From positions 8,029 through 72,028 of the forward strand of contig JAQTQB010000012.1 of the NCBI GenBank assembly GCA_028712475.1: DNA of 64,000 bases, written 5' to 3'. The notes under the pieces are model-generated. The model did no database searches, had not been told where the DNA came from, and saw nothing but the letters and a program-made list of their open reading frames with translations. A program made the translations under genes and the position numbers. The stretch is from Verrucomicrobiales bacterium (GTDB lineage Bacteria > Verrucomicrobiota > Verrucomicrobiia > Limisphaerales > UBA11358). The first letter of the stretch is position 1. Each line of letters begins with the position of its first letter. Below, piece after piece: positions 9,020 to 18,031 of this stretch.

Positions 9020-10849
9020 ATGGCTGAAAAGAACAAACACAATTACGACGAGAGCAAGATCAAGACGCTGTCTTCCCTTGAGCACATCCGGCTGCGCACG
9101 GGCATGTATATCGGCCGCATCGGCAGCGGCGCGCATCCCGATGACGGCTGCTACGTCCTGCTCAAGGAGGTCGTGGACAACGCGATTGACGAATACATCA
9201 TGGGCCACGGCAAGGAGGTCGAGATCAAGATCGCCGATGGCCGCGTCAGCGTGCGCGATTTCGGCCGCGGCATCCCGCTCGGCAAGGTCGTGGACTGCGT
9301 TTCCAAGATCAACACCGGCGCGAAATACAACGACGACGTGTTTCAATTCAGCGTCGGCCTCAACGGCGTCGGCACGAAAGCGGTCAACGCGCTTTCAAAA
9401 TTCTTTCTAGTGCGCAGCCATCGCGACGGTGAATTTGCCGAAGCGTCGTTCAAAGTCGGCAAGCTGAAGAAAGAGGACACCGGCAAAACCAAAGAACCGA
9501 ACGGCACATTGATCGAGTTCGAGCCTGACCCGGAGATTTTCAAGGAGAGCGAGTTTCGCGACGAACATATCGAACGCCGCCTGCGCCATTACAGCTACCT
9601 GAACACGGGGCTGAAGCTGATCTACAACGGCAAGACGTTCCAGTCGCGCCACGGCCTGATGGATCTGGTGATGGAAGACATGGCAACCGATGGCAGCGAG
9701 CCGATCTATGCGCCGCTGCATTACGCCGGCAAAACGCTGGAGTTTTGCTTCACCCACAGCAACTCGCGCTACGGCGAGACGTTTTATTCCTTCGTCAACG
9801 GCCAATACACGAGCGACGGCGGCACGCATTTGAGCGCGTTCCGCGAGGGCTTGCTCAAGGCGGTGAACGAGCATTGCAACGGCAAATACGAGGGCGACGA
9901 CGTGCGCGAGTGCATGGTCGGCGCGGTGGCGATCCGGCTGAAAGATCCGCTGTTCGAATCGCAGACGAAGAACAAGCTTGGCAACACGGAAATCCGCACC
10001 GAACTGGTGAACAACGTGCGCGAGGAGCTGCTGCATTTTTTCCAGCGCAACAAGGCGATCGCCGACAAGATCATCGAGAAGGTGGCCGACACGCAGCAGT
10101 TGCGGAAGGAACTGCAGGCGGTGAAGAAGCTCGCACGCGAACGCGCCAAGTCCATCACGCTGCGCATCCCGCAGTTGAAGGACTGCAAAAATCATTTCGA
10201 CAAGAAGAAGGAAAAGGGCAAGGGCACGATGGTCTTCATCTGCGAAGGCCAGTCCGCCGCCGGCTCGATCACGAGCTGCCGCGACGTGAACAACCAGGCC
10301 GTGTTCGTGCTGAAAGGCAAGCCACTCAACGTCTGGGACCTCAAGCGCGACGTGATGTATAAGAACGACGAGATGTATAACCTCATGCAGTCGCTCAACG
10401 TCGAGGACAACACCGAAGGCCTGCGCTACGACAAGGTCATCCTCGCCACCGACGCGGACGTGGACGGCATGCACATCCGCAATCTGATGATCACGTATTT
10501 CTTCCGCTTCTTCGAGCAACTCGTCCACGACGGCCACGTCCATGTTTTGGAGACGCCATTGTTCCGCGTGCGCAACAAGGAGAAGACGATTTACTGCTAC
10601 AGCGAAACCGAGCGCGACAACGCCGTGAAAGAACTCGGCGGCAAACCGGAGATCACGCGGTTCAAAGGCTTGGGCGAAATCAGCCCGAAAGAATTCGCGC
10701 AATTCATCGGCAAGGAAATGCGGACGAGCAAAGTCGAATACGCGCCGCGCGCCGAGTCCGGTCCGATCTTCAACTTCTACATGGGCAAGAACACGCCGGA
10801 GCGGAAGGATTACATCATGGACCGGCTCGTCGTGCCGGTGGAGGAGTAA
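9020..10849 (+). CDS. parE: type IIA DNA topoisomerase subunit B (short, ParE-like)
   Basis: GHKL ATPase and TOPRIM motifs: LEHIRLRTGMYIG, LLKEVVDNAIDE, FICEGQSAAGS, ILATDADVDGMHI. 609 aa from ATG 9020 and lacks the long GyrB insertion. ParE versus GyrB was not resolved. Confidence 0.85.
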   Translation: MAEKNKHNYDESKIKTLSSLEHIRLRTGMYIGRIGSGAHPDDGCYVLLKEVVDNAIDEYIMGHGKEVEIKIADGRVSVRDFGRGIPLGKVVDCVSKINTGAKYNDDVFQFSVGLNGVGTKAVNALSKFFLVRSHRDGEFAEASFKVGKLKKEDTGKTKEPNGTLIEFEPDPEIFKESEFRDEHIERRLRHYSYLNTGLKLIYNGKTFQSRHGLMDLVMEDMATDGSEPIYAPLHYAGKTLEFCFTHSNSRYGETFYSFVNGQYTSDGGTHLSAFREGLLKAVNEHCNGKYEGDDVRECMVGAVAIRLKDPLFESQTKNKLGNTEIRTELVNNVREELLHFFQRNKAIADKIIEKVADTQQLRKELQAVKKLARERAKSITLRIPQLKDCKNHFDKKKEKGKGTMVFICEGQSAAGSITSCRDVNNQAVFVLKGKPLNVWDLKRDVMYKNDEMYNLMQSLNVEDNTEGLRYDKVILATDADVDGMHIRNLMITYFFRFFEQLVHDGHVHVLETPLFRVRNKEKTIYCYSETERDNAVKELGGKPEITRFKGLGEISPKEFAQFIGKEMRTSKVEYAPRAESGPIFNFYMGKNTPERKDYIMDRLVVPVEE

Positions 10850-10899
10850 TTTGTGAAACGGATTGTTTCCGGTTTTGAAAAACGGTATTTAATTTGACC

Positions 10900-11682
10900 A
10901 TGCTCCCGCGACTGAAAGTTGTATCGGTAATCAAACTGCTTTCGAGTGGTCGCACAAAGCCATGCCTTGTTCTTGCCCAAGACGCAGATGGTGTGGGATG
11001 TGAAGTTGTTGTCAAATGGCGTTCAGGCCCGGAAACAAAAGACACAGGTGGTGTATGCGAACTCATTAGTTCACTGCTCGCTGATGATTTTGACCTGCCT
11101 GCGCCAAAAGCAATGCTGGTTGAAGTTGAACCCGATTTTCATCGCGCTGTTCCTTGGCCAGAGATTGCAAAATTAGTGAAATCCAGCGCAGGCCCGAATT
11201 TTGCCACCGCATTTTTACCAAGCATGACAACTTGGCCTGCCGGAAAGCCAGTGGCGTCATCGTTGCGCACGCGTGCTTCAGAAATTTTTGCTTTTGACGC
11301 CTTGATCGAAAATCCAGACAGACGAGTTGACAAGCCAAACATACTTTGGAGCGGCGAAGATTTGCGGTTGTGTGACCACGAGCAGGCGTTTTCATTTCTG
11401 CACGGGGTCGTCGGTTGGCGTCCAGCTTGGTCGGGTCAGGGGCTTGAATTTCTCCGCAATCATGTGTTTTATGTCCAGTTGAAAGGTCAGACTTTTGATT
11501 GGAGCAGGTTGACGGGGGCACTGGAAGCTGTAAGCGACAAACGCTTGAAAGAATATGCTTCAGCTGTGCCGGCTGAATGGCAGACAGGAAACAGTGCAAC
11601 CAGTCAGGTTTTAGACTATCTTAAAGACGCGCGAAAAAACCGAGCCGCGTTGTTTACGGCCATTGACCAAATATTAAAATGA
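10900..11682 (+). CDS. HipA-like serine/threonine kinase family protein (short form)
   Basis: Catalytic-loop-like FDALIENPDRRVDKPNIL, then LRLCDHEQAF (Mg-binding Asp context) and an N-terminal lysine context EVVVKW. The stop overlaps the next start (ATGA). Visibly AT-richer than its flanks. Confidence 0.6.
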   Translation: MLPRLKVVSVIKLLSSGRTKPCLVLAQDADGVGCEVVVKWRSGPETKDTGGVCELISSLLADDFDLPAPKAMLVEVEPDFHRAVPWPEIAKLVKSSAGPNFATAFLPSMTTWPAGKPVASSLRTRASEIFAFDALIENPDRRVDKPNILWSGEDLRLCDHEQAFSFLHGVVGWRPAWSGQGLEFLRNHVFYVQLKGQTFDWSRLTGALEAVSDKRLKEYASAVPAEWQTGNSATSQVLDYLKDARKNRAALFTAIDQILK

Positions 11683-12521
11683 AAACCACATATACATTCA
11701 CCATTCTGCGATATGTGCATGACATCGCGACCGGCGAGTTCGTCAACATGGGCGTGGCGCTTTATGCGCCAGAGGCGAAATATGTCAGCGCCATTTGCTG
11801 CCCGCGCTACGGACGTTTGAGCAAGATGTTTCTCGACGTAAATGGCGACCAACTTCGTCCGCTCATGCGTTTCATCCAGGCACGTTTCGAGGAATATGCA
11901 TTGAAGTTGAACGGCGAACTGCCATTGCAAGGTCAGCCAAAGAGCGTCATGGAAATTGCCGCCAACATTCTTTCCCGGGATGACAGTTCTCTGCAATGGT
12001 CAGAATCCGGCGGCGGCATTACGGAAAATCCGAGCGCCACGCTCGAACAACTTTATGTTCGGCTCGTTGAAAAATACGAGATGCGCGCACAACTGCCCAG
12101 CCGCACCGACGATGAGGTTTGGCGCGGCTTCAAGAAGGAGCTGGAAATGAAACAAGTTCTGGCAAAACTACAGCCGAAGCGAATCATTGCCAAAGATTAC
12201 GAACACGAGTTTGACCACGCATGGAAAAACGGAACGTGGAATCTTTACCAGCCTGTTTCATTTGATTTGATTGATGCAGAAAGTCTCCTCGACAAAGCCA
12301 ACCGGTGGCTGGGTCGCGCCACAATTCTTAAAGAGTCGCAAGAGAGATTTAAGCTGCATGTTTTGTTGGGCGAGCCTCGCTTGGAGAAATTGAAATCCTC
12401 ATATGGTAAAGCTTTGAACATTCTTAACCGTATGCCGGTGAAAAAGGAATTCATCCGTGAAGATGAAGCGCCAAAATTTTCCAGAGATCTGGCGGACGAA
12501 ATTCAACATCACAAGGAATAG
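11679..12521 (+). CDS. DUF3037 domain protein
   Basis: The N-terminus YTFTILRYVHDIATGEFVNMGVALYAPE matches the remembered DUF3037 hallmark (xxRYvPdxxrgEfxNiGV). 280 aa, translationally coupled to the kinase gene. Confidence 0.65.
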   Translation: MKTTYTFTILRYVHDIATGEFVNMGVALYAPEAKYVSAICCPRYGRLSKMFLDVNGDQLRPLMRFIQARFEEYALKLNGELPLQGQPKSVMEIAANILSRDDSSLQWSESGGGITENPSATLEQLYVRLVEKYEMRAQLPSRTDDEVWRGFKKELEMKQVLAKLQPKRIIAKDYEHEFDHAWKNGTWNLYQPVSFDLIDAESLLDKANRWLGRATILKESQERFKLHVLLGEPRLEKLKSSYGKALNILNRMPVKKEFIREDEAPKFSRDLADEIQHHKE

Positions 12522-12627
12522 GCATAATCTGGCAACCTCCCGTCGTTATCTGAGAAGCTTCCATTCTTATCTGGGATGGCGCGCCAAATAGTTATCACCC
12601 GCTTAGGCTTTTTTAGCCCAGCAAATC

Positions 12628-14742
12628 ATGTCAGCCAAACGCAAAAAAGATTCCAGCCAGCCTGAATTGCCCATCGAAGGCATAACACCATCCGCCCCGG
12701 TGAAAACTAAATCCACCGGGGCCAATGGCAACGGCGCGGATCACGTCATCGCCGAAACGGTCGAGGCCGTTGTTCACAGGCCGTTTGACCCCAAACAATC
12801 GGGCGGCGGGTTGCATACGCGCGTGGATCGCGGATTTCTGGATTACGCCAGCTACGTCATCCGCGACCGCGCGATTCCGAATCTCGCCGATGGTTTGAAG
12901 CCGGTGCAGCGGCGCATCATGTGGGCGTTGCACGAGAAGGACGATGGTCGCTTCATCAAGGTCGCCAACGTGGTCGGCCATACGATGCAGTATCATCCGC
13001 ATGGCGACGCATCCATCGGCGACGCGCTCGTGGTGCTGGCGAACAAGCGTTACCTCATCGAAGGGCAGGGGAACTTCGGCAACATCTTCACCGGCGATCC
13101 CGCCGCCGCGTCGCGGTATATCGAGTGCCGGTTGACGGAACTGGCGCGCACAGAAGTTTTCAACGACTCCATCACCGAGTTCATTCCCAGCTACGACGGG
13201 CGCAACAAGGAGCCTGTGTCGCTGCCGTGCAAATTGCCGCTCACGCTCATGCTCGGCACGGAAGGCATCGCGGTCGGCTTGAGCGCTCGAATTTTGCCGC
13301 ACAATTTCCCCGAACTGCTCGAAGCGCAGATCGCGATTCTGAAAAAGCAGCCGTTCAAGTGTCTGCCGGATTTTCCGACCGGCGGCCTGATGGACGCGCG
13401 CGATTATCAGGACGGCAAAGGCTCGGTGAAAGTCCGCGCCAAGATCAAGACGAAAGACGAATCCACCGTCGTCATCAAGGAAATCCCGCCGACTACCACG
13501 ACGGAATCACTGATTGCGTCCATTGAAGACGCGGTGCAGAAGGGCAAGCTCAAGGTCAAATCCATCAACGATTTCACGTCCGAGACCGTCGAGATTGAGG
13601 TCAAATGTCCGGCGGGAGTGGACGCGGAAAAGCTGGTGGATGCGCTGTATGCCTTCACAGATTGCGAAGTTTCCATCGCGAGCCGCATCGTCGTCATCAA
13701 GGACAACCGGCCGGTCGAGCTGACCGTGTCGGAAATTCTGCGCGAGAACACGGAACAGCTTGTCCGCATTCTCAAACGTGAGCTTGAGTTGCGGGAGAAA
13801 AACCTGCTCGACGAACTGCATTACCGCACGCTCGAACGCATCTTCATCGAGGAACGCATCTACAAGGCGATTGAGAAGTGCAAGACGAACGAAGCGGTTT
13901 TGGCCAGCGTTTATGAAGGCTTCAAGCCGTTCAAGAAGCAACTCGTGCGCGAGATCGTGGATGCCGACGTGGAGAAGTTGTTGCAGGTTCGCATCCGCCG
14001 CATTTCGCTGTTCGACATCAACAAGCATCGCGAGGAGATGGAGAAGACGAAGGCCGAACTCACCGGGACGCTTAAAAATCTCAAGGGTCTCACGCGCTAT
14101 GTCATCGGCCATCTGGAGGCGTTGCTGGAAAAATACGGCCCGCTCTATCCGCGCTTGACCACGAAATCTGCGCGTCACGAGGAAGTGGACGTGAAGGCGG
14201 TGGCGTTCAAGTCGTTCAAGGTCGCCTATGACCGGGAGACCGGCTACGTCGGCTACAAAGTGAGCGGCGAGGAATTCAAGCTCGAATGCACAAAGTTTGA
14301 CAAGGTGCTGCTCGTGTTCAAGGACGGCACTTACAAGGTCACTGAACTGCCGGAAAAGTTTTTCGTCGGGCCGGAACTGTTCTACTGCGGTTTGCCCGAC
14401 CGCGAAAAGATTTTTACCTGCGCCTACACGGATCGCAATGCGAGCTACCTGAAGCGGTTCACATTTGGCGGCACGATTTTGAACAAGGCTTATTCGTGCA
14501 TTCCGGACAAATCGCGCATTTTATTTTTCGCTCCGGAAACGCCAAAGCTGCTTTACGTCCGCTACAAACCCGCGCTGCACCAGAAAATCTCGCAGCAGAC
14601 CTGCGAACCGGAGCAGGTGGAGGTGAAATCGCCCAAGACGCGCGGACGGCAGCTTTCCATCAAGGACATTTCGTCCGTGACCGCCGAACCGACGCGCGGC
14701 TGGGATGAAAAGGCGGCAACGACCAAAATCGTGTTTGCGTGA
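12628..14742 (+). CDS. parC: type IIA DNA topoisomerase subunit A (short, ParC-like)
   Basis: LDYASYVIRDRAIPNLADGLKPVQRRIMWAL and the active-site Tyr context AAASRYIECRLTELA. 704 aa with a short C-terminal domain. Confidence 0.85.
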   Translation: MSAKRKKDSSQPELPIEGITPSAPVKTKSTGANGNGADHVIAETVEAVVHRPFDPKQSGGGLHTRVDRGFLDYASYVIRDRAIPNLADGLKPVQRRIMWALHEKDDGRFIKVANVVGHTMQYHPHGDASIGDALVVLANKRYLIEGQGNFGNIFTGDPAAASRYIECRLTELARTEVFNDSITEFIPSYDGRNKEPVSLPCKLPLTLMLGTEGIAVGLSARILPHNFPELLEAQIAILKKQPFKCLPDFPTGGLMDARDYQDGKGSVKVRAKIKTKDESTVVIKEIPPTTTTESLIASIEDAVQKGKLKVKSINDFTSETVEIEVKCPAGVDAEKLVDALYAFTDCEVSIASRIVVIKDNRPVELTVSEILRENTEQLVRILKRELELREKNLLDELHYRTLERIFIEERIYKAIEKCKTNEAVLASVYEGFKPFKKQLVREIVDADVEKLLQVRIRRISLFDINKHREEMEKTKAELTGTLKNLKGLTRYVIGHLEALLEKYGPLYPRLTTKSARHEEVDVKAVAFKSFKVAYDRETGYVGYKVSGEEFKLECTKFDKVLLVFKDGTYKVTELPEKFFVGPELFYCGLPDREKIFTCAYTDRNASYLKRFTFGGTILNKAYSCIPDKSRILFFAPETPKLLYVRYKPALHQKISQQTCEPEQVEVKSPKTRGRQLSIKDISSVTAEPTRGWDEKAATTKIVFA

Positions 14743-14823
14743 AGCGAGGTCGAACAGGCAATTGGAGTTGCCCGCATCCGCATCACTCCTTGAACAATGG
14801 GGCTCGGCAGAACGCGGGAAAAA

Positions 14824-16281
14824 TCAAGGCGCCAGCGGTTCGGCGTTGATTTCGATGCTGTTGGTGCCGGCGATCACCGCCGTTCCCGCGATGCGCGAGC
14901 TTGACCACGACAATTGATCCATCACCGCCGATTGTGACTGGCTTCCGCCGCCGCCGCCCCCAGCCAAACCGCTGCTGCCATCGGATGATTGCGGCGCGTT
15001 CGTCGCCGCGTTTGAAACCGCCAGCAGGTTTCCGGTGAACACCACGTTTTGTTTCAACGTCTGGTTCGTTCCACTCACGCGGAAGGAATATGTTTGTGCT
15101 GTCTGCGATTCATCCCGGCTGGCAATGGTTTTTGCCCGCTCAATTTGCGCCGTTGCGGTGATTATCGGAGGCGGCGCTGCCTTCGGGACCGGCGTATTTT
15201 GTGCGACCTCGCTTTCCGGCAGCAGCGAGCCGTCGTAAACCGAGCCGTCTGCGTCCACGACGCGGATCGCGTTTCCATTCTGCTGCACTTGAAAATTCAC
15301 CAGCACCGGAGCAGCCCTGGCCGGTGCGACGGTGTTCTTGAACGAGTTTTGCACACCGAATGCGAGAGGCTGCGAGGCGGCGGATGCGAATTGCATAAAG
15401 CCTGTCTGGGCGGCGAAATCTTTTTCAGCCGCGTTTCGCACTGCATCCAGCCGGTCAAAGTTTGACGCGGGAGCGGCGGGTTTGCTGGCTGCCAGTTCGC
15501 CGCCGCTTTGGGCAACGGCTCCCAAGCCGGCGAGTTTGGATTCATTCGGGCTGGCTTCGGATTTTAACTGCCCTGAAATGGGCGGCGCACCTGCGGCATT
15601 GCCGCTGACAACTGTGACTGCCGAGGGGACTTCTGCGAACTGCCGGCGCGCAGAATCGTCAAAGGCAACCAGTTGTGGCAGCCCGCGATTCGTCAGTTCA
15701 GAAAACCGCTTTTCTTTGACGATCTCGACGCGTCCGTCAGCGAACAGCACCGCGCGTCCTTTTTTATCCGTTGGCGAATACGCCAGCAAGGCATTGCTGG
15801 GCAATCCGTCCAGAGTTTCGCCGCCGGCGACGTAGATGAAGCGTTTGCCGCTCTCCGTGTCGGTCAAAATTTTGTCCGAGCCAAGCTGGTTTGTCAGCGC
15901 GTCGAGCGACGGCGGCAGCCGGCCATTATTTTCCTCGGCGGCCATCTGTGCGGCCAGGCCGATCTGCTTGAGGTTGTTCATGGCGGTGACTTGTTGCGAC
16001 TTGAATTTCGCCTTGCCCAACGCCGGCAAAAACAGCGTCGCGCCAAAGAAAATCATGAGCGCAAACACCGCCAGAAACGCCCACTGCCGGCGGAACAATT
16101 CCCACAGCGACATGTCCGCCTCTTCGTCCGGCTTGGGCGTGCTGCGGGCGACCTCGCTTTGCAGCATTCGGCGCGTCGCGGGATGCAGCTTGAACGCATC
16201 GCCCGCATCGGCGCGTCGTTTCTTCGCGTAAGCCCGCAGCAGTTTTTCAATTTTACGTTCCGGTTCCATTTCTTCGATCAT
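14824..16281 (-). CDS. membrane anti-sigma factor with a pseudopilin-like (H-X9-DG/DUF1559-like) ectodomain
   Basis: Its start overlaps the sigma gene stop (ATGA at 16278-16281). It has a cytoplasmic N-terminus, one TM (WAFLAVFALMIFFGATLFLPAL), then [23 protein letters not shown]...AVLFADGRVEIV and a poly-Gly tract. Confidence 0.6.
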   Translation of the reverse strand: MIEEMEPERKIEKLLRAYAKKRRADAGDAFKLHPATRRMLQSEVARSTPKPDEEADMSLWELFRRQWAFLAVFALMIFFGATLFLPALGKAKFKSQQVTAMNNLKQIGLAAQMAAEENNGRLPPSLDALTNQLGSDKILTDTESGKRFIYVAGGETLDGLPSNALLAYSPTDKKGRAVLFADGRVEIVKEKRFSELTNRGLPQLVAFDDSARRQFAEVPSAVTVVSGNAAGAPPISGQLKSEASPNESKLAGLGAVAQSGGELAASKPAAPASNFDRLDAVRNAAEKDFAAQTGFMQFASAASQPLAFGVQNSFKNTVAPARAAPVLVNFQVQQNGNAIRVVDADGSVYDGSLLPESEVAQNTPVPKAAPPPIITATAQIERAKTIASRDESQTAQTYSFRVSGTNQTLKQNVVFTGNLLAVSNAATNAPQSSDGSSGLAGGGGGGSQSQSAVMDQLSWSSSRIAGTAVIAGTNSIEINAEPLAP

Positions 16282-16898
16282 GGATTAGACGGGAAAACGT
16301 CCGGGGTTTCCCGTGAAAAGATTTTCCGCGCGATTTCCTCCAGCCGGTCGAGGCATTTGCTCAAGCGCGAACTGACGGTCTTCACGTTCAAATTCAACGT
16401 CGCGCTCAATTCTTCATAACTCAAGTCGCCAAAATAGCGCAGCTCGACGATTTCGCGGCACGGTTCGTCCAGTTGGTCGAGCGATTCGCGCATCAGGCCG
16501 ATCTGCTCGGCGTTCATCAGAAATTCATCCGGGCCGGGCGCGTTCGAGGGCGGATCGGGCAACAGGCCGGTCTCCGGATTTTCCGCCTGGAGCGAAATCG
16601 GCGTCTGCCCGCCGCCGCGCTTGGCGGCGATCCGTTTCTCGCGGAAGTCGCGCGCCTTGTTCGTGGCGATGCGGAAAAGCCACGTCTGAAACTGGCTTTC
16701 GCCGTTGAACGCATTGAGGCTTTTGATGACGGAGAGGAAGACTTCCTGGCAGATTTCATCCGCGTCCTCATGGCTGAAGTCGGGCGCGAGCTGGAAGATG
16801 AAACGCCCCGCCGCCGCGTAATGCGCGTCGAACAGTTTGTCCCACGCGTCCGCCTCGCCGCGCCGGCAGCGCGCCAGCAGTTCCATTTCGGAATCCAT
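16278..16898 (-). CDS. ECF-type RNA polymerase sigma-70 family factor
   Basis: Region 2 (ICQEVFLSVIKSLNAFNGESQFQTWLFRIATNKARD) and region 4 (REIVELRYFGDLSYEELSATLNLNVKTVSSRL). Confidence 0.9.
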   Translation of the reverse strand: MDSEMELLARCRRGEADAWDKLFDAHYAAAGRFIFQLAPDFSHEDADEICQEVFLSVIKSLNAFNGESQFQTWLFRIATNKARDFREKRIAAKRGGGQTPISLQAENPETGLLPDPPSNAPGPDEFLMNAEQIGLMRESLDQLDEPCREIVELRYFGDLSYEELSATLNLNVKTVSSRLSKCLDRLEEIARKIFSRETPDVFPSNP

Positions 16899-16972
16899 GC
16901 GGCTTGGACTCTATTTCAAACCGCCGCGTTTGAACAGAATTTCCCGGATCCGCCGCGCCAGCCGCGCCGCTG

Positions 16973-17014
16973 CATCCTCTCCGCCTCGAACGGGGAGAGG
17001 GTTTGGGTGAGGTG
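16973..17014. repeat. GEGRGEG-type GC palindrome (single arm pair)
   Basis: catcctctccgcctcgaacggggagagggtttgggtgaggtg. Same family as 2458-2612, 19269-19330 and 61918-62072. Confidence 0.6.
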
Positions 17015-17121
17015 TCGAATTCAACCACGAATAAACACAGATGCTTTCAACCGCGAACCACGCGAACCACGCGGACAAAATAAATCCAAAATCCCTTTCG
17101 CGTATTTCGTTTATTTCGCGG

Positions 17122-17631
17122 TTACAACAACGCCCGCTGAATCCGCCGCAGCAGACGCGCTTCGTTTTGTGGTTTCATGGTGGCCCGCCGCAAGGTGTGT
17201 TCCCAGATCCGCAGCACCCACCAATTGGCCGACCGCAAGGTCCGTGTCACCAAAAGATCGCGGGCGATGTTGCGGGCAAATTTGTTTTTCCAGAAGGCGC
17301 GGTTGCCCTTGGGATGGGTCCCGTGCTTGGGACAGCCATGCCAGAAACAACCGTCCACGAAGACCGCCGTGCGCGATTTGGGAAAAACAAAATCCACCCT
17401 CACCCATAGCAGCCGAGGTGACGAGGCTCCGACTGATTTTCGGATAGAAGAATGAGCCTCCTCACGTCGGCTGCTACGAACGGCGAGGGTGACCTGCCGC
17501 CGCCAGCCGGTGATTTTGTGCCGGCGGAATAGTTTTGCCAGCGCGACCTCCGTGTCCTGGTTTCCGCGCGAGCGGATGTGCGACATCACTTCCGAACGCT
17601 TGGATTTGGAAAACACATCAGCCATAGACAC
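17122..17631 (-). CDS. vsr: very-short-patch repair endonuclease (Vsr) carrying an in-frame repeat insertion
   Basis: KSKRSEVMSHIRSRGNQDTE, DFVFPKSRTAVFVDGCFWHGCP, NRAFWKNKFARNIARD and WWVLRIWEH. About 30 extra residues sit between GWRRQ and VDFVFP and coincide with the family A repeat. Confidence 0.8.
   Translation of the reverse strand: MSMADVFSKSKRSEVMSHIRSRGNQDTEVALAKLFRRHKITGWRRQVTLAVRSSRREEAHSSIRKSVGASSPRLLWVRVDFVFPKSRTAVFVDGCFWHGCPKHGTHPKGNRAFWKNKFARNIARDLLVTRTLRSANWWVLRIWEHTLRRATMKPQNEARLLRRIQRALL
17406..17479. repeat. family A palindromic element inside vsr
   Basis: atagcagccgaggtgacgaggctcc...gagcctcctcacgtcggctgctacga. Homologous to 6427-6511 and 8618-8700. Confidence 0.75.
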
Positions 17632-18031
17632 AGATTACACTAATTTCCACAGATTCAATCCGTGCCAATCCGTGAAATCCGTGTGTCGCTTCGCTGACGC
17701 CGTTCTTCGCGTCCAAAAACGAAGTTGAAGTTTCTGAAACAAGAGAAAACGAATATCAACTCTACCGTTTGTTCAATTTTACTCGGCAACCAAAGCTTTT
17801 TGTTTTACCTGGATCGCTTCGTAATACTTGTTCGCTCGACCCAATCCAGTATGCAGCACTGCCGCGCTGAAATTATTTCAGCCGGTTGATTTTGATTTCC
17901 TTTTCGACGGCCAGGAACTCATCGTAGATTGCGATGAGTTCTCCGTTCCCGTGGCGGACCCCCATCCAATGGGCGAGGGATACAAGAGTGAGAAGTTTTC
18001 CTTGCGTGCTTGGCACTCTTTTGCGGCCATG

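Noticed and set aside
9020-14742. Calling the topoisomerase pair gyrB/gyrA.
   Set aside because: The short B subunit (609 aa) and short A-subunit C-terminal domain fit ParE/ParC-type enzymes better. This cannot be settled without phylogeny, so the symbols parE/parC are tentative.
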